A stretch of DNA of 64,000 bases, taken from an uncultured virus (IMG/VR IMGVR_UViG_3300022753_000048) (lineage: Duplodnaviria; Heunggongvirae; Uroviricota; Caudoviricetes). The first letter of the stretch is position 1; each line of letters starts with the position of its first letter. The DNA lies in IMG/VR virus record IMGVR_UViG_3300022753_000048, positions 1-64,000 of that record, one strand, 5' to 3'. Under the pieces are notes generated by a model. It searched no databases, had not been told where the DNA came from, and saw only the letters and a list, made by a program, of their open reading frames with translations. Positions 1-9,519 of the stretch are shown here, in pieces. Both the position numbers and the translations under genes were made by a program.

Positions 1-2
1 AT

Positions 3-227
3 GCTAATGAATTTGAAAAGAACTATTAGCTTCAGTATGAGTATTATTCCGCTGGTAATAGTAAGAAGAAGTATCAACATTCTGCTACTAGCTCTAGTGC
101 GTATTGGTGGGAACGTTCTCCTTACTGCAACAGCACGAGCATTTTCTGCCTTGTCTACGGCAGCGGTAGCGCGTACTGTTACAACGCTTACAGTTCCTAT
201 GGCATTGCTCCGGCCCTGTTAGTATAA
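3..227 (+). CDS. DGR target protein, C-terminal fragment (C-type-lectin-like DUF6273-type domain), 5'-truncated by the window
   Basis: Frame 3 reads ANEFEKNY*(Q)LQYEYYSAGNSKKKYQHSATSSSAYWWERSPYCNSTSIFCLVYGSGSAYCYNAYSSYGIAPALLV-TAA. The WWxRSP...F..V...G...A...G.AP pattern is typical of DGR targets, and it contains the VR. Confidence 0.9.
117..217 (+). repeat. DGR variable repeat (VR)
   Basis: Ungapped 101-nt match to 808-908 with 19 mismatches, all opposite TR adenines. Confidence 0.95.
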
Positions 228-267
228 ATGTTCCGCACAATGCAAGATAACTTAAAAGGAGAAAGTC

Positions 268-738
268 ATGTCCGTTCTGAAAAACAAACGAAAAGAAAGT
301 ATAATCCAATATGTTTATACCGCTTATAAAATTTACACTTACACAATAGAATTTACTTCTCGGCTGTCTGCTCGTTATTCACGTTTAATGGCGGCTGATA
401 TAGCTCACACCGCCTTTGAAGTTCTGCGGAATTGTGAGAGTGCTAATACCATTGTAATTATTGATGAAGAAACCTATCATAAACGTCGTAGTCATTTAAC
501 AGATGCTAAAACAGCTTTATCATCTTTGGATGTTTTTCTATCTTTATGCTATGACATACTTAGCGCCAATCCTTCTGGAGCCATGATTAATAAAGGCAAT
601 AAACCAATCACGGCTTCAGAGGCAAATCATAAATTAGACAATATGGCCTAGATTTTGGGTGAGCTCATTGATGAAGAAATGGAACTTATAAATAGAACTA
701 TAAAGTCAGATAAAGCTACTTTTAAGCGTTTGTCTTGA
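268..738 (+). CDS. avd: DGR accessory variability determinant (Avd-like four-helix bundle), one TAG read as Gln
   Basis: Lies between the target and TR. Reading through TAG at 649 adds ILGELIDEEMELINRTIKSDK..., ending at TGA 736-738. Confidence 0.8.
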
Positions 739-807
739 CTTTTAATTTGGGTGTATCTCTGTACAACGGCCGTGGCCGTAGAGGGAGAGGGCCACGTTGG
801 TGAGCCC

Positions 808-908
808 TCTCCTTACTACAACAACACGAACAATTTCTGCAATGTCAACAACAACGGTAACGCGAACAATAACAACGCTAACAATTCCAATGGCATTGCT
901 CCGGACCT
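808..908 (+). repeat. DGR template repeat (TR)
   Basis: AAC/AAT-rich copy of the VR between avd and RT. A GGAGAGGGC/GCCCTCTCC hairpin overlaps its 5' end. Confidence 0.95.
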
Positions 909-1137
909 CATAAAGTCCGCCTTGCGGGCAACAGTTAAACATAGTAACCTAGAGTGAATTACAACTTATTATGAGGGGAGAGGTGCTTCCCGCGACTTTA
1001 GTCCAAAACTGAACTTCGATGTCAATGCACGGACGCCACATTGTGTGCATGGTCAGGTAGGTGTGTAACTGATTTCATGTGTATTGACCAAGTAAATTGT
1101 ACCACACTCTATAAAAATTTATACGGAGTTCGAAATA

Positions 1138-2331
1138 ATGAGTAAAAAGTTGAGTAGACGTGAAGGCAGATATATACGAAGATAGAATAAGAGATAGTAG
1201 AAATTAATAGAACGAAATTAGTAGCTAGGTACTTTAAGAGAAATATATGGTTATAAAGAATTATATCGTAAAGGCAAAAAGTGCTGTAGAAATGTTAGAT
1301 GGAAAGCTAGTACATAGGCTTTTGAACTACATATCTTTTCTGGAACGGCGCGACGTCGCAAGAATATTTATAATCACACATGGAAACCAGATAAATACAA
1401 TCATTTTATATTATCTGAACGAGGTAAAATAAGACCTATTGACGCTCCTAGAATTTAGGACAGGTAGATACATAAGTTATTTACTTCAGAAGTTTTATTA
1501 CCATTATATCTACCTAGCATGATTTATAATAATGGAGCCAGTCTTCCTGGAAAAGGATTTGATTTTTCAAGAAAAAGATTATGCGAAGAATTACGAGCTC
1601 ACTATCATAAATATGGAAGAGAAGGTAAAATTATTTTATTAGATTTTAAATAGTTCTTTCCGACCGTTTCTCACGAAAAAATATATGAGCGTCATAGTAA
1701 AATTATATTAGATAGAGAAATCAGAAAATTTGCCGATGATATTGTTGCTAGCACCGGTCGAAAATGCGGATTGCCTCTGGGAGTTGAACCTAGTTAGGCG
1801 GAAATGATAGCTTTCCCTTCCTCGATAGATAATTATATAAAATGTCAATTATCATTAAAAGGTGCAGGTCATTATATGGATGATTATTACATATTAGTAC
1901 CACCAAATAGAGATGCTAAATAGATACTAAGTTTGTTAAACAAAAAGATAGCTTAGTTAAATTTAACCGTCAGTGCCTCTAAAACTCGTATTCGCTCACT
2001 GGACAAGCCTTTTAAGTATTGTAAATTGAAATACTATTTAACACCCTCTGGGCGCGTTGTAGTGAATGGATATCGAGATAGCTTAAAAAGAGCTAGAAAG
2101 AAAATAAAAACTTTCAAGAAAATGATTGACAATAACTTAATTTCTTATGAAGATCTATGGGCTTCTGTTAATGGAATTGTCGCTTATTTTTATAAATATA
2201 ACGATCATAATCGCGTTCTACGTCTTCGTCGCTTATTCTATAGTTTATATAACTTTTCTTGCGAAAGTATAATAAACTTTCGTGCCGAACAAAGGAGGAA
2301 AAATGAGATACATAACCCACAAACGATTTAA
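1138..2331 (+). CDS. DGR reverse transcriptase (397 aa, ~12 in-frame TAG = Gln)
   Basis: One frame with no TAA/TGA from ATG 1138 to TAA 2331. Motifs RWKAST*, ERGKIRPI, NGASLPGKG, LLDFK*FF, GLPLGVEPS* and HYMDD (1870-1884). Confidence 0.93.
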
Positions 2332-2695
2332 ATAGTTAGCTATTTGCGGCAACGTAAATATTCCCGCTGCGTCTGAATGCGAAGAAAAAGACCAAATTAT
2401 ATATCACAATAATCGCCCCCTTTGTGCGGTTACAAGTGAAAATGCTCATACTTTTTTTGCTATTAATGAAGATGGATAGGGTTTAATCCGTGGCAAATTT
2501 GTCCGAGATATAGTCTCTCTTTTACAAAAAAAAGATGAGCAATATCAAGAACGATGGGATAAAGTATGGGATGATGAGCTCTGTCAAAAATATAAAAGAA
2601 AAGAGCATCCCGATCACTGGCTTTGGAATCATGATTTTTACAATGCTAGTATTGGTGATTTGGCCTATATTTGGAATTTAATAAGGGGGAACTGA
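2303..2695 (+). CDS. hypothetical protein downstream of DGR RT (TAG read-through)
   Basis: GGAGG RBS; MRYITHKRFK*LAICGNVNIP...WLWNHDFYNA; open to TGA when TAG=Q. Confidence 0.75.
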
Positions 2696-2697
2696 AA

Positions 2698-3015
2698 ATG
2701 TACCAAATAACTATAAATAACTCTAGTTTTATTGTTGATGATATTAAATATGTAAAGCTTCATAAAGAAAATGGCAGCTATGTGCTATGCACCTAGGAAG
2801 AAGCCGAAGGCATTTGCGTAAAGGTACCTAAAGAAATTGAAACTGAAGATGGGGCAATTCTTTCTACTTGTGAAGACACTGTCTATACCATTAGCGAAGG
2901 TACGATGAATGGTACCGAAGAAAAATGCACTTTTGAAAAAGCTCAAATTGCTATGGAATATTACGAGGCTTTAAAGGCAAAAGAAATTTTGACTATGTTG
3001 GAGGAAGTGCTGTAA
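2698..3015 (+). CDS. hypothetical protein (TAG read-through)
   Basis: MYQITINN...VLCT*EEAEGI...; TAATG coupling to the next gene. Confidence 0.7.
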
Positions 3016-3416
3016 TGACTAGAATTGAAGCTGAAAAATTTATTGAAGCTTTTAAAAAGCTAAGAGAAATCGCAACTGATGATATGTCTTTGCAAGTGCC
3101 TAGCCTTTATCCTACTTGGAAAGAAGGTAAGGGCTATGTTGCTGGCGAACGTATCTTATATGAAGGTGTTTTGTACAAAGTTTTACAAAATCACACTTCT
3201 TTGGTTGATTGGACTCCTTTAAATGCTTCTAGTTTATTTGCTAAAGTGCTTGTAGCTGAAGATGGTACTATTTTAGAATGGGAGCAGCCTGATAGCACAA
3301 ATCCTTATATGAAAGGCGACAAAGTTATTTATGAGGGAAAAGTGTATGAGTGTCTTGTTGCTTACAATACACACTCTCCAGTCGATTATCCTTTTGGATG
3401 GCAATTAATCGAGTAA
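3015..3416 (+). CDS. carbohydrate-binding (CBM5/12, ChiC-like) repeat protein, tail-associated
   Basis: Two W...Y..G..V.Y.G..Y repeats (YPTWKEGKGYVAGERILYEGVLY; WEQPDSTNPYMKGDKVIYEGKVY). Confidence 0.75.
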   Translation: MTRIEAEKFIEAFKKLREIATDDMSLQVPSLYPTWKEGKGYVAGERILYEGVLYKVLQNHTSLVDWTPLNASSLFAKVLVAEDGTILEWEQPDSTNPYMKGDKVIYEGKVYECLVAYNTHSPVDYPFGWQLIE

Positions 3417-3419
3417 CAA

Positions 3420-3453
3420 AAGAAAACCCCTCTCATCACGAGAGGGGTCTTTT
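3420..3453. terminator. bidirectional intrinsic terminator
   Basis: ACCCCTCTC-atcac-GAGAGGGGT hairpin flanked by A and T runs between convergent genes. Confidence 0.75.
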
Positions 3454-3953
3454 TATCGAGTTTCAATATTCACAATCTTTCCAAGTAGAACTACTGCTTC
3501 TCCATTATCTAAATATTCACAGTCCAATGTAAAGAATCCAGTTTTTTCCTTTGTCGCTAACCAATATTTATCTTCTATTTTATCAGCAAGTAAACAAATA
3601 TCTCCATCTTCTATTTCATCCATATAATTTGTTGCTTCAACCAAACCAATTTCTCTTTCTCCAAAAAATGGCATAAATGCATCGCTAGTAAAATATAGGC
3701 CAAAATCAAAATCTAGTGAGTTCAAATTTAATAGACGACGCTGATTAACTTGCTCTTCTATGGGGCTATGCATTTTAATTGAGCCATCTTCCATTGGAGT
3801 TACAAAATGAATTTTTACTTTGATATTTTCTTCTTCGGTTAGTTTTATATATTCTCTAATTATCCATTCAATATTTTTTTGATATCGAGGTAACATACTC
3901 TAATAAAGCTCGCAACTGCGAAGCTCCTCTAATTGTTTATCGTTAATTTTCAT
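3453..3953 (-). CDS. hypothetical protein (one TAG near the N-terminus)
   Basis: GGAGG RBS then MKINDKQLEELRSCELY*SMLPRYQK..., continuing into track ORF 3453..3896. Confidence 0.7.
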
Positions 3954-4078
3954 TATAATCCTCCATAATTATAATTATTTTATTATATATATTATACAAT
4001 AATTTATTCTAAAAATCAAATTTCATGCAGCTTGTGCCTTATAAATCTACTTTTAATTAGGGTAAGGAGGTAGATTTA

Positions 4079-4285
4079 ATGTATTAGCAAAATTATAGTT
4101 TTTTAGATGTTATAACAATTCTCTCATTTATGCTATAGTTACAGAATCAAGACAAATTATTTGATATAAATGATATACAGCGCGAACTACAAAAAGTTCA
4201 AGATAGAATTGATAATCATTTACAAATTCAAGATGATAAGATAGATGCAATTATAGCCTATCTAAAAGAAAACTCCGGTGAATAA
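4079..4285 (+). CDS. small membrane/coiled-coil protein (2 TAG)
   Basis: AGGAGG RBS; MY*QNYSFLDVITILSFML*LQNQ...SGE-TAA, followed by a terminator hairpin. Confidence 0.7.
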
Positions 4286-4300
4286 ATCACCGGAGCATTT

Positions 4301-5134
4301 TTATTTATATTGCCATTTATATCCATAAGCAGTTTGTCTCTTCCCCTTACATACTTGAATGATTTGACTACTCGCTGAATTTACATTGCGTCCGGGAGCA
4401 ACTTGACGTGCAGCTTCGGCAGCAGATTGAAATATCTATAGCTCTATATTATCAAGGCTTATCTACTATATTGTTCTTTTACCAAATTTAATATTATTTA
4501 ATGCTTGAGGCGGTTCATCATCTTCAAAGCGCCATTGAAAACCGTAAGCCTAAGCGTGTCTTTTGTTACAGCATCCACCTATCCCGCTAGCTATATTTTT
4601 ATCATAATTAGCTGCTTCTAAAATTGAATTATAATGTTGTATAAATATACCATCTAATGAATATTTATTTACTCCTTTTCGCTGGGTTTTTCTGCGCGAA
4701 AGACTTTCATGAATTGAATAAGTTTCATGGCTTAGTAAAGATTCGCGCACTGTGCCCTTATCACACTATAAAATTTCAGTTATTTCTCCAATACTTTTTC
4801 CAGAATCCCACAATTCTCTAATTTTATCAGTACGATAATTCTTTTTACCTTGTCCTCCAATTGTTAAATTATATCCTATTTTGGGATTATTTGAATCGTA
4901 AAAAGCAATCCAATAAATTTCTCTTTCATCAAGAAGATCAGTCTTAATTTCTTCTATTTGTTCTATAGTAAAATTTTCTGCGCCATATTTTGCTATTGCA
5001 TTATATAAATAATTATTATATTCACAATTTGCCCTGCTTTTATGTTCACACCATCTAGTCTATAAATCTCGGCAGGTCTATCCAATATAAATCTTGTTAT
5101 TTATTTTGTTTGTTATTTTATAAATAAAACCCAC
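4301..5134 (-). CDS. GIY-YIG homing endonuclease with NUMOD1-type repeats (TAG=Gln)
   Basis: MGFIYKITNKINNKIYIG*T... (the conserved YIGQT) through to TAYGYKWQYK. Confidence 0.88.
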
Positions 5135-5186
5135 TATTATCACCTCTAAAAATAAGTGATAATAGTGGGCGATATGTATAGAAATC

Positions 5187-6290
5187 TCAGTTATCGGAGA
5201 AAATTTTATCCCAGATACAATCTGCAGGAGTTAAATCGGGACGAAAACATTTAAACTTTCCATGACGCAAGCCTCTAGTATCTGGATAGACTTCCATTGC
5301 TGCAACCTCGATACATCTATGACGCATATCCTTAGGATTAGCCTTGATTTCATCACTAAGGCCACTCAAGAAACCAATAGGAGTTTCGACGCCATCTTTC
5401 AGCACAGCAATTTCAAGGCTACCAGCCCAGCCATAAAAATAAGGCTTAGTAACAGGCTCAATGGCTTCACCATTCTTATAATTTTCATAGAAGGCGCCTT
5501 CGAGCTTCTGATTATCACGAATTCTTACCCAATACTTCCAAGTCTCCAACTCCTTGCCATTATACAAACGAGTAGGAGAAGTGGCGCGACCAGTAAAGAA
5601 ACAGTCAATATTTTCGGCCAGTTCCTTCTTTACTTTAAGAGTTTTACGAGCAGGACGCTTACCAGGCTGAGGCACAGTTCCTTTCTTAGTCATAACAATA
5701 CCTTCGCCGCCATTTGCAAGAATAGTCTGAAGATGAGTCCAAAGCTCTTTACCCTGGAAATATTCTGCCCACTCTACATATTCACTTGCATACGCGCGAG
5801 AGCAAGCGTTTAGTTCATCAAATCTATCTTCACAAACTTTGTCCATATAAGACTCGCCTTCCCAAGCCCAAATGTCAAAAATGTAATAATGAAGCTTATC
5901 ACCTTTAGACTGACGCTCAATAGCCTTGGGAGTTAAACAACCCATAATCTTTGTTACTTCACTAGAACCTTCATGAGTGGGAAAGTAAATCTCGCCCAGC
6001 AAACAGGTACCATTAGGTAGCTCATTAAAGAAATCCATCAGATGAGGAACATGGTCTAGCTTATCCAGATAATGACCATTAACAGAACGAGAACGACCCT
6101 GTAAGCGCATATTTCCTTCAAAATCTTTAATGAATCTATAATAGGCACCATCCATCTTTCGCGCGCCCAGATAGTTACCAGAAAAAATCATATTGCGAGT
6201 TTCCTCTTTAGGATCCCCCTTAAAACTAGAAGGCCAGCTCCAATACTTCTCAGCATCCAGTTCCTCAAAAATCATATTTCCGATTCTCAA
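5187..6290 (-). CDS. ATP-dependent DNA ligase
   Basis: KMDG adenylation motif, LLGEIY, YIFDI, EGIVM, LKVK and a C-terminal LRHG.F..FRPD. Confidence 0.85.
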   Translation of the reverse strand: MRIGNMIFEELDAEKYWSWPSSFKGDPKEETRNMIFSGNYLGARKMDGAYYRFIKDFEGNMRLQGRSRSVNGHYLDKLDHVPHLMDFFNELPNGTCLLGEIYFPTHEGSSEVTKIMGCLTPKAIERQSKGDKLHYYIFDIWAWEGESYMDKVCEDRFDELNACSRAYASEYVEWAEYFQGKELWTHLQTILANGGEGIVMTKKGTVPQPGKRPARKTLKVKKELAENIDCFFTGRATSPTRLYNGKELETWKYWVRIRDNQKLEGAFYENYKNGEAIEPVTKPYFYGWAGSLEIAVLKDGVETPIGFLSGLSDEIKANPKDMRHRCIEVAAMEVYPDTRGLRHGKFKCFRPDLTPADCIWDKIFSDN

Positions 6291-6843
6291 AACAATCCCT
6301 CTCCTTCATAAAATCCAAAAACCCTGTACATTCAACAACTAGGTCACTTAAATCACCATAGTTCTTGATTGTATAATCATATTCATATTCAAAAACATTT
6401 GCATCAGCATGATTAGAAGTTTTATTTACTTCATCGCCAAGGCGCCGTACAAGTACAGTAGTTGCATTAAGTCGTTCCTTGAGCTTCTGAATTTCCTTTG
6501 GTTCTCTGCAATCAACGAATAAAATCCAATCATACAGTTTACCAAATTCTTGCATATATTCGATATGGTCAAGAATTTTCTGATAAGGAACATCGTTCCA
6601 TTCAGTTAGTAAATCCTTTAAATCACTCAGGAACTTGCGGTTACGGGGTGTCTTAACTCCATCCCATCCACATTCAGTAGCAATTTGTTTGATGAAATCA
6701 ATAGTAGAAATGGTATCAACTACCATTCTTTTATTTTCATCAAACCAGAAAGTGCTACTAGCATCAACCAGTTCTCTACACTTCATTTCAAAAGTAGTTT
6801 TGCCGCTTTCTGGACGGCCATTAACTACAACAACTTTAATCAC
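6265..6843 (-). CDS. P-loop nucleotide monophosphate kinase-like protein
   Basis: N-terminal GRPESGKTT, plus DCRE and NHAD motifs of phage dNMP kinases. Confidence 0.7.
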   Translation of the reverse strand: MIKVVVVNGRPESGKTTFEMKCRELVDASSTFWFDENKRMVVDTISTIDFIKQIATECGWDGVKTPRNRKFLSDLKDLLTEWNDVPYQKILDHIEYMQEFGKLYDWILFVDCREPKEIQKLKERLNATTVLVRRLGDEVNKTSNHADANVFEYEYDYTIKNYGDLSDLVVECTGFLDFMKERDCFENRKYDF

Positions 6844-7304
6844 TTCATAACACTCTCCTTCGCGCGAACTGCCATTTTATCAACGATCTCGTTCCACTCA
6901 TTTCCTGCATGACCTTTAACTTTAATGAAGTCATATCCATTAGGAACTTTTTCAAAGAAGGGAATCAATCCCATCCACAAATCTGGATTTGCAACAGGCT
7001 CTTTCTTAGAGTTCTTCCATCCATTTGCTTGCCATGCGCGCCACCAATGCTGCTTCCAACAATTTACAAGATAAGCACTGTCGCTATAAACTTTTACTCT
7101 TGCAAAAGCATCCATCTTATCAACTTCTCGACAAGCCTTTAACGCCGCAGTAAGTTCCATTCTCTGATTGGTAGTTCCTACTTCTCCACCAGAATCTTGA
7201 GCAATCATTGCTCCATCTCTAAGAATAACATAAGCCCAGCCGCCAGGGGCATTACTTTTACCATTTCCGGAGACAGCTCCGTCAGTATAAATCTCGTAAA
7301 TCAA
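6840..7304 (-). CDS. rnhA: ribonuclease HI
   Basis: YTDGA, TTNQRMEL, YSDSAY, WKNS..PVAN.DLW, VKGHAG...NE.VD. Confidence 0.95.
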   Translation of the reverse strand: MIYEIYTDGAVSGNGKSNAPGGWAYVILRDGAMIAQDSGGEVGTTNQRMELTAALKACREVDKMDAFARVKVYSDSAYLVNCWKQHWWRAWQANGWKNSKKEPVANPDLWMGLIPFFEKVPNGYDFIKVKGHAGNEWNEIVDKMAVRAKESVMK

Positions 7305-7711
7305 CCTAAATCTCCTTCGTAAAATTGATTGTAAATATGCTCAAACTTAAAGCTTTCTCCCATATATTCTTTAATAGGAGGATACATAAATTCAAGCAAC
7401 TTCGGAACGTTTACTACAGGTAGAGAAGCATTATCTCTTGGAATAAAACGAGATAGCTTACGCATTTTCCAATTCAGAATAACCCAGTCCCAAAAGCCAC
7501 AACGCATTTTTAATGGGAAACCATAAATATCTTTAGCCATTAAAGCCACTCTGATTACGAATAGATGGTCTCTATTCTTTCTATCAAAATCAGAAATAAC
7601 AATAGTTTCTTTTTCTTTTGTTAATGTATAAAGATTAACCATAGTAATGTTGATAATTTCATCATAATTATCAAGCAGCTCTTGAGCGTTTATCATTTTA
7701 ATTTCTTCCAT
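7301..7711 (-). CDS. hypothetical protein
   Basis: ORF with AAAGGAG RBS and an upstream sigmaA-type promoter. Confidence 0.7.
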   Translation of the reverse strand: MEEIKMINAQELLDNYDEIINITMVNLYTLTKEKETIVISDFDRKNRDHLFVIRVALMAKDIYGFPLKMRCGFWDWVILNWKMRKLSRFIPRDNASLPVVNVPKLLEFMYPPIKEYMGESFKFEHIYNQFYEGDLG

Positions 7712-7844
7712 TTACTTTACTCCTTTCTCATTATTCATAAATATTTTAACATAAAACTTTTAATTTTTCAAATTTCAATAAAATAGCAGAGGACTTGATT
7801 TTAACAACAACTTATATATAGTAAAAATTTAAGGAGGAAATCTA

Positions 7845-8132
7845 ATGGATTCTTTAACTTTAATTATGGTTTTATGTACTGTTATGTGGTATGTAATTGA
7901 CAATCTAAAGGACAACATCTGGGGCGGTTTAGCTTATAGCAATTATATTACTATTGGCGCTTCTGCTATTGGTTCCTTTGCTTTATCCTTTGGTTATAGC
8001 CTTGATCTGCTAAATGCATTGGGCTTAGTCCCACAAGTTAGTCCACTAGGCCAGATTATCACTGCTTTAACCATGATGGGCGGTAGCGCGCTAGTCTCTG
8101 AAGTTGTTGATAAACTAAGAGCTAAAATTTGA
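7845..8132 (+). CDS. putative holin
   Basis: 95 aa, three hydrophobic segments, basic C-terminus; DLL...G...GQIITAL...GGS pattern. Confidence 0.6.
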   Translation: MDSLTLIMVLCTVMWYVIDNLKDNIWGGLAYSNYITIGASAIGSFALSFGYSLDLLNALGLVPQVSPLGQIITALTMMGGSALVSEVVDKLRAKI

Positions 8133-8246
8133 TTTTTGAGAAATTTTGATGCGAATGGGAAGGAAACTTCCCATTCTTTTTACGCTTTTTATATATTCTG
8201 CGCGTATTTATTTTACTTAATATTAGTAAAATATGGAGGAGATAAT

Positions 8247-8942
8247 ATGGGTATTATATATAAAATAACAAATAAAGTAACTAATCAAGTTTATATTGGA
8301 TAGACTTCCAAAACTTTAAACCAAAGATGGGAGTAGCATAAAAAAGAAGCTAGAGAAGCTCTTGATGGTATTAGACAAAGCTTTCCTTTATTTCATAGAA
8401 TGATAATTAAATATGGTGAAAATAATTTTACTCCGGAAATTTTAGAAGAATGTCAAAATTCAGAATTGGATATTAAGGAAAAATATTGGATAAACTATTA
8501 TGATAGTTACAATAATGGGTATAATTCCACTATTGGCGGTCAAGAAAAAATTAAAGAAAAAATAAATCATGGAGCTGCAGTAATACAATATACTTTAGAA
8601 GGATAGTTTTTAAAGATTTTTAACACTGTATAGGAAGCCGCAGATGAAGTGAGAATTCATCCATCTAATATACGCAAATGCTGTAATGGAAATACAAAAA
8701 GTAGTGGCGGCTTTAAATGGGAATGGCAACAAGGTCTTAAAAAAGAAGAAAAAACAATAGAGATTGCTAGAAAAAATAATAAGAAGGTATTCTAGTATGA
8801 TATGAAAGGTAATTTAATTGCTGAATATGATAATGTAAAAACTGCCGCAGATAGTGTAGGAATTAGTAAAACTGGAATATATAATTGCTGTCTTGGTAAA
8901 CAAAAAACTTCTGGTGGTTATTTGTGGGCTTATAAAATTTGA
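8247..8942 (+). CDS. GIY-YIG/NUMOD1 homing endonuclease (TAG=Gln)
   Basis: MGIIYKITNKVTNQVYIG*TSK...GYNSTIGG...SGGFKW...SGGYLWAYKI-TGA. Confidence 0.88.
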
Positions 8943-9012
8943 AATATTAAAAATTTGAATTATAATCATGCGCGTCACGCGCGTGTATTTTAATGTATAG
9001 GAGGAATTTTGA

Positions 9013-9360
9013 GTGGAAAAGAAAAAAATCAAGAAAGGTAAATACGTAAAGAAGCAAGAGTTTTCCAAAATTTTACTAATCCAAGAGTCTGCTTTAATTT
9101 GGATTGTGACTTTGGGTGCATTCTACTTGGCCTTCTATTGTATTAAAAACCAATATTTTGGAGAGCTTCCTTGGATTGTAGCTTTGGTTGGCTTCCCTTG
9201 GACCGCATATGGCGTTAGCCAAGCCTGCTATTATGGTAAGTCTATGAAAGAAAACACTAAAGGCGGTATTAAATATGAAACCGCTTTAAGGCCACCATCT
9301 ACTGAAGAAGAGCTTTATCAATAGCAAGTTCAAAATTCTAGCCAGAAATTTTATGATTGA
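9013..9360 (+). CDS. two-TM membrane protein (holin-like); stop extended past TAG 9322
   Basis: Two hydrophobic helices and ENTKGGI motif; next non-TAG stop is TGA at 9358. Confidence 0.6.
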
Positions 9361-9366
9361 GAAAAT

Positions 9367-9395
9367 TTGAAAAATCTGCAAAATTCAGATATAAT
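9367..9395 (+). promoter_or_regulatory. sigmaA-type early promoter (representative of many in the window)
   Basis: TTGAAA-17-TATAAT. Near-identical TTGA(A/C/T)w-17-TATAAT-ATAT promoters occur near 11949, 14455, 14681, 18784, 20138, 23745, 28109, 32763, 37135, 38186, 44059 and elsewhere. Confidence 0.85.
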
Positions 9396-9410
9396 ATAAT
9401 TACAAAGTTG

Positions 9411-9475
9411 AGGCGCGAACAGCGAAACTAAAATAATCGACAATAACTGAGGTTGATTAACTCAATTGCGCCTAG
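9411..9475 (+). ncRNA. Y-RNA-like stem element copy 1 (5' leader of the Ro60-like gene)
   Basis: AGGCGC-gaa-CAGCGAA...GCGCCT-AG, enclosing a TAATCGAC/GTTGATTA hairpin. Confidence 0.7.
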
Positions 9476-9519
9476 CTTTTCAAAACAAAAACTTTGTGAG
9501 TGAAAAGGAGAAATGTAAA

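Noticed and set aside
1..222. Track ORF 1..222 (73 aa)
   Set aside because: Wrong frame; the real gene is frame 3 (WWERSP...GIAP) with a TAG read-through
751..957. Asn-rich ORF
   Set aside because: It is the translation of the DGR template repeat (AAC codons), not a protein gene
1138..2331. RT and other TAG-broken genes as pseudogenes
   Set aside because: The interruptions are TAG only, fall on conserved Gln positions, and a CUA tRNA is encoded
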